From the NCBI GenBank assembly GCA_008632985.1, contig QPGO01000036.1:396182-460181 (forward strand): DNA of 64,000 nt. The letters run 5' to 3'. The notes beneath the pieces are model-generated. The model was not told where the DNA came from. It ran no database searches and saw nothing but the letters and a program-made list of their open reading frames with translations. The position numbers were made by a program, and so were the translations under genes. Below are positions 61,163-64,000 of this stretch, in pieces (the stretch's first letter is position 1; each line of letters starts with the position of its first letter). Source of the stretch: Psammoneis japonica (Eukaryota).

Positions 61163-62302
61163 TTAGTCTGGCATGCGAGACATGAGCTCTCGAATCGCTT
61201 CGATATCATTTGGATCTTCACCATACTTGGAAAAGCAGTTCCGACAAACCACAAATCCTCGCCCGTTGCAGCAATTACACTTGACCGTGCGACCATAAGT
61301 CACGTAGTAGCCCTTGGCATCACAGTTGGGACAACCCACACACCGAGAGTCGTTACAAACCGGACAAGGCGTATCATCTTTCTTGGAATTCATTGCTTCT
61401 GACTCGGCAGACAACCAGTTCCAAATGCTTCTTCCGAGATTTCCTACAGCGGGTCCGCCAAGAAAGTAGACTGGCACAATCCATAGAGGAAAGAAGCCAG
61501 TTTCGCCTTTATCTAAATACTGATATCCTCCATGTCCACCGAGAAATGACAAGAGTCCCACCTCAATCAATGGACCACCAACGGCGGTTGCGGCGCTAGT
61601 GATAAAGCCTGCCACGGTCCCGTCCAAAACTGCAAACCCCCCTGCCGCCAAGACGGACATGATGAGCATAATCACACTACGATCCATACCTGCAGAACTC
61701 ATCACACCACTCAACCAGTACTGTAGAGTAAAGTATGAAATACCAATCAGTGTTTTAGGTGGAGTCGGTTTCGTCTTTTCATCAGAACTTCCCAACACAG
61801 CATCAAGAACAATGTACAGCCATCCAATGATGAATCCAGCCAGACCAAAAAGCTCTGGTACCCACCACGCAGTAGTAAGTGCTGGTTGATCCACAGATCC
61901 CCATAGCATGGCAGATAAAGGCTCTTCGTATCGCAAAACTCCAAAAGCAGAATGATACGAGTCCAAAAACGGACCCAAGGCCGCTCCGCAAAATGAAATT
62001 AAATAGGAGAACTTCAGTGATCTTTCCGGATCGCTCGTTGCGATATCCAACCAATCTTTTCTGTTTGCACTTTGTTCATTCATCATTACAGAGGAAGGCT
62101 TCCGCGGGCGTTCTGCTAGTATTATGATCTTGCCTTGCGCTTGCGTGGCGGTTCCAAGGATGAGTTGTTTGCTCGTACCGGTAGGCGAAAGAGCAGGTGA
62201 CGCACTGAGGAATGCGTTGCTTTGCTTGGCATTGAATAACCAAAATAAGCCGAGAAAGAAAAGAGGTGTTGTAGAACAGGGCATGCTTATTGAATCAATC
62301 AA
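61163..62302 (-). CDS. INSIG-like multi-pass membrane protein with C-terminal DnaJ-type Zn finger, probably plastid-targeted
   Basis: Intact 379-aa ORF. Signal peptide followed by SNA-F (ASAF-like bipartite motif). GAALGPFLDSYHSAFGVLRY, WWVPELFG, GGPLIEVGL, WIVPVYF, and CPVC..CVGCPNC..G..CNCCNGRG..VCRNC. Confidence 0.75.
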   Translation of the reverse strand: MIDSISMPCSTTPLFFLGLFWLFNAKQSNAFLSASPALSPTGTSKQLILGTATQAQGKIIILAERPRKPSSVMMNEQSANRKDWLDIATSDPERSLKFSYLISFCGAALGPFLDSYHSAFGVLRYEEPLSAMLWGSVDQPALTTAWWVPELFGLAGFIIGWLYIVLDAVLGSSDEKTKPTPPKTLIGISYFTLQYWLSGVMSSAGMDRSVIMLIMSVLAAGGFAVLDGTVAGFITSAATAVGGPLIEVGLLSFLGGHGGYQYLDKGETGFFPLWIVPVYFLGGPAVGNLGRSIWNWLSAESEAMNSKKDDTPCPVCNDSRCVGCPNCDAKGYYVTYGRTVKCNCCNGRGFVVCRNCFSKYGEDPNDIEAIRELMSRMPD

Positions 62303-62991
62303 GCTGCTAGGGTTGGTTTCTCAATCGTCAAACGCAGATCAACGCAACGATCAACGACGCCATGGGTTTTAATACGTAGTTATCTCTTCGGTCTCGCGTC
62401 CGTTTGTCCGTGGGTTTTGGTCACCGCAAAAAGAAAGTATACACCGGTAGACATCCGCTCTCTCTCTCTCTCTCAAGCTAGAGAGCTACAGTTAGTAGAT
62501 GTAGCTCTACAGTACCGCCATACCTACTCTCTAGAGAGGGCCCTAGTTGACATTGAATGCAACTTTATGAGCAAGAACAATGCCATGGTTGTAGAATCAT
62601 TGTTATTTTAGGATTGCTTACTTTTGACTTACTCTACTAGCTTATAGGTACTGGAACCTTGCCGTTGGCTGGTAATGCCGCCCCTTGCTCCTGCTGAGGT
62701 TCTCTTAGAAGTCAAGTACCACTCAATGGAAGACTCGAAACTCGGCATATATACATGGTGACTCTGGCACAGCGAGACTTGCTGATAGGAATAGTGCAAC
62801 GGTCGACTGATATGATAAGATCTGGGTACTGAAAGGCTATTTTAAGTTATCTACTGCACGGTAACTGCGTCCGAACATGGGATGAACTCTTTTATGGCGA
62901 ATAGTAGTACGCCTTGTTTCGCCATCAATCTAAAACGAGGTACTTTAGCAAACTATTGATTTGTTCACCGTCACCTCTTACCGGCCGCTCG

Positions 62992-64000
62992 TTACATTTC
63001 CGCAATCAAATCCTCAAATTCGCCCTTCTTGAGATAAGTCAGAAACCCAACTCCCGTAGAGGCGTCGGGGCCCTTAACGTCAATGTCAATGCAGTGACAT
63101 TTGTCGAGATACTTGCGGATAACATCATCCTTCTTGTGCTTTTTCTTGGGCTCTTTCAAATTACCGTGGGTTAGGAGCGCCGCGATCAATCCCGCTACGT
63201 GAGGTGCGGCCATGCTTGTGCCGCTCATGGTCTGATATTCGCCTCCGGGCTTGAGCGAAACAACGTCCACTCCAATGCCGGCGTAATCAACATGAGGGTT
63301 ACTGTTAGAGAAGTAGGCGACAGGAGTATTGTCCTCCTTGCTGACGGCAGCAACGCTAATGGCTTCTTCCCAGAGAGCGGGGTAGCTGAAACAGAGGGGG
63401 GAAATTGGTCGAGAAAAGGAATTACGGTACAGTAGCAAAAATAATGAGACGAGCAAAAGAAGAGAGTGACAACCAAATGAAAGTCACAATTACTGAGAAT
63501 AGTATAAGAGAAACTAGGATGCACGTACCTGCGCTCGTTTGTAAGCGGGTTGTTATCGCCTTCGTTGCCGGCTGCACATACGACTATTACTCCCTGCTTT
63601 TCAGCGTACTGCACGGCAGTGCGGATGGCAACACTGGGCCATCGCCCACCCAAACTCATGTTGATTACATCGCATCCATCAAAGCAAGCCTCGAATATGG
63701 AGATAGAAATGGCTTCCTCGACACCGAAAGGCCCTTCTTCACCAAAGACGCGATAGTCATAAATCTCCGCATCAGGAGCCATCATGTGGATAGTTCCCGC
63801 GACATGCGTCCCGTGATCATCCACTGTCAATGGCGTGCCCCAACGAAACCACAGTTGCTTCTTTATCTGGCCGTGGAACCCCGGATGGGTCTCGTCCACA
63901 CCCGAGTCGATCACGGCTACGCGAACCCCCTTGCCTGTGAGACCGTCATCGCGGAGTTTCTGGCCTCCTGTAAGACGGATCCCGAGCGGAAGCTCTTCTT
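62992..64000 (-). CDS. Subtilisin-family (S8) serine peptidase, 5' end outside window; exons 64000-63529, 63385-62992
   Basis: Catalytic motifs VAVIDSGVD, HGTHVAG, AAGNEG and GTSMAAPHVAG. A GT-AG intron joins ...NERS-YPA in frame. Confidence 0.92.

Overview
Eukaryotic genomic DNA, most likely from a diatom or another stramenopile. It has compact genes with short GT-AG introns, one bipartite plastid-targeting-like N-terminus and diatom-type retroelements. The window is a mosaic of two compartments. (1) Ordinary gene-rich blocks (~13.0-16.3, 26.6-40.7, 49.8-56.0 and 60.2-64 kb) encode an FAD/NAD(P)-dependent oxidoreductase, a TMEM65-GAF fusion, a nucleotidyltransferase-fold protein, a TPX2-like repeat protein, V-ATPase subunit G, EDRF1, a 5'-truncated UTP4, an INSIG-like/DnaJ-Zn-finger protein and a subtilisin. 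(2) Four sharply bounded blocks (~1-12960, 16330-26570, 40790-49790 and 56100-60130; over half the window) have lost nearly all TpA, which has been replaced by TpG/CpA. These blocks hold a hAT transposase, an APE-RT LINE, a complete but internally deleted Ty3/Gypsy element (432-bp LTRs, 4-bp TSD), a cysteine synthase pseudogene, an ADP-ribosyltransferase gene, a tyrosine recombinase, and a DDE-like/3'-5' exonuclease/Ulp1 ORF. In all of them conserved Tyr codons read Cys or His. The two LTRs differ almost only at TA/CG/TG/CA dinucleotides. The main finding is therefore a repeat-targeted TpA->TpG/CpA hypermutation process, opposite in direction to fungal RIP and acting alongside CpG decay. All counts and alignments were done by eye, and family calls rest on recalled motifs, not database searches.
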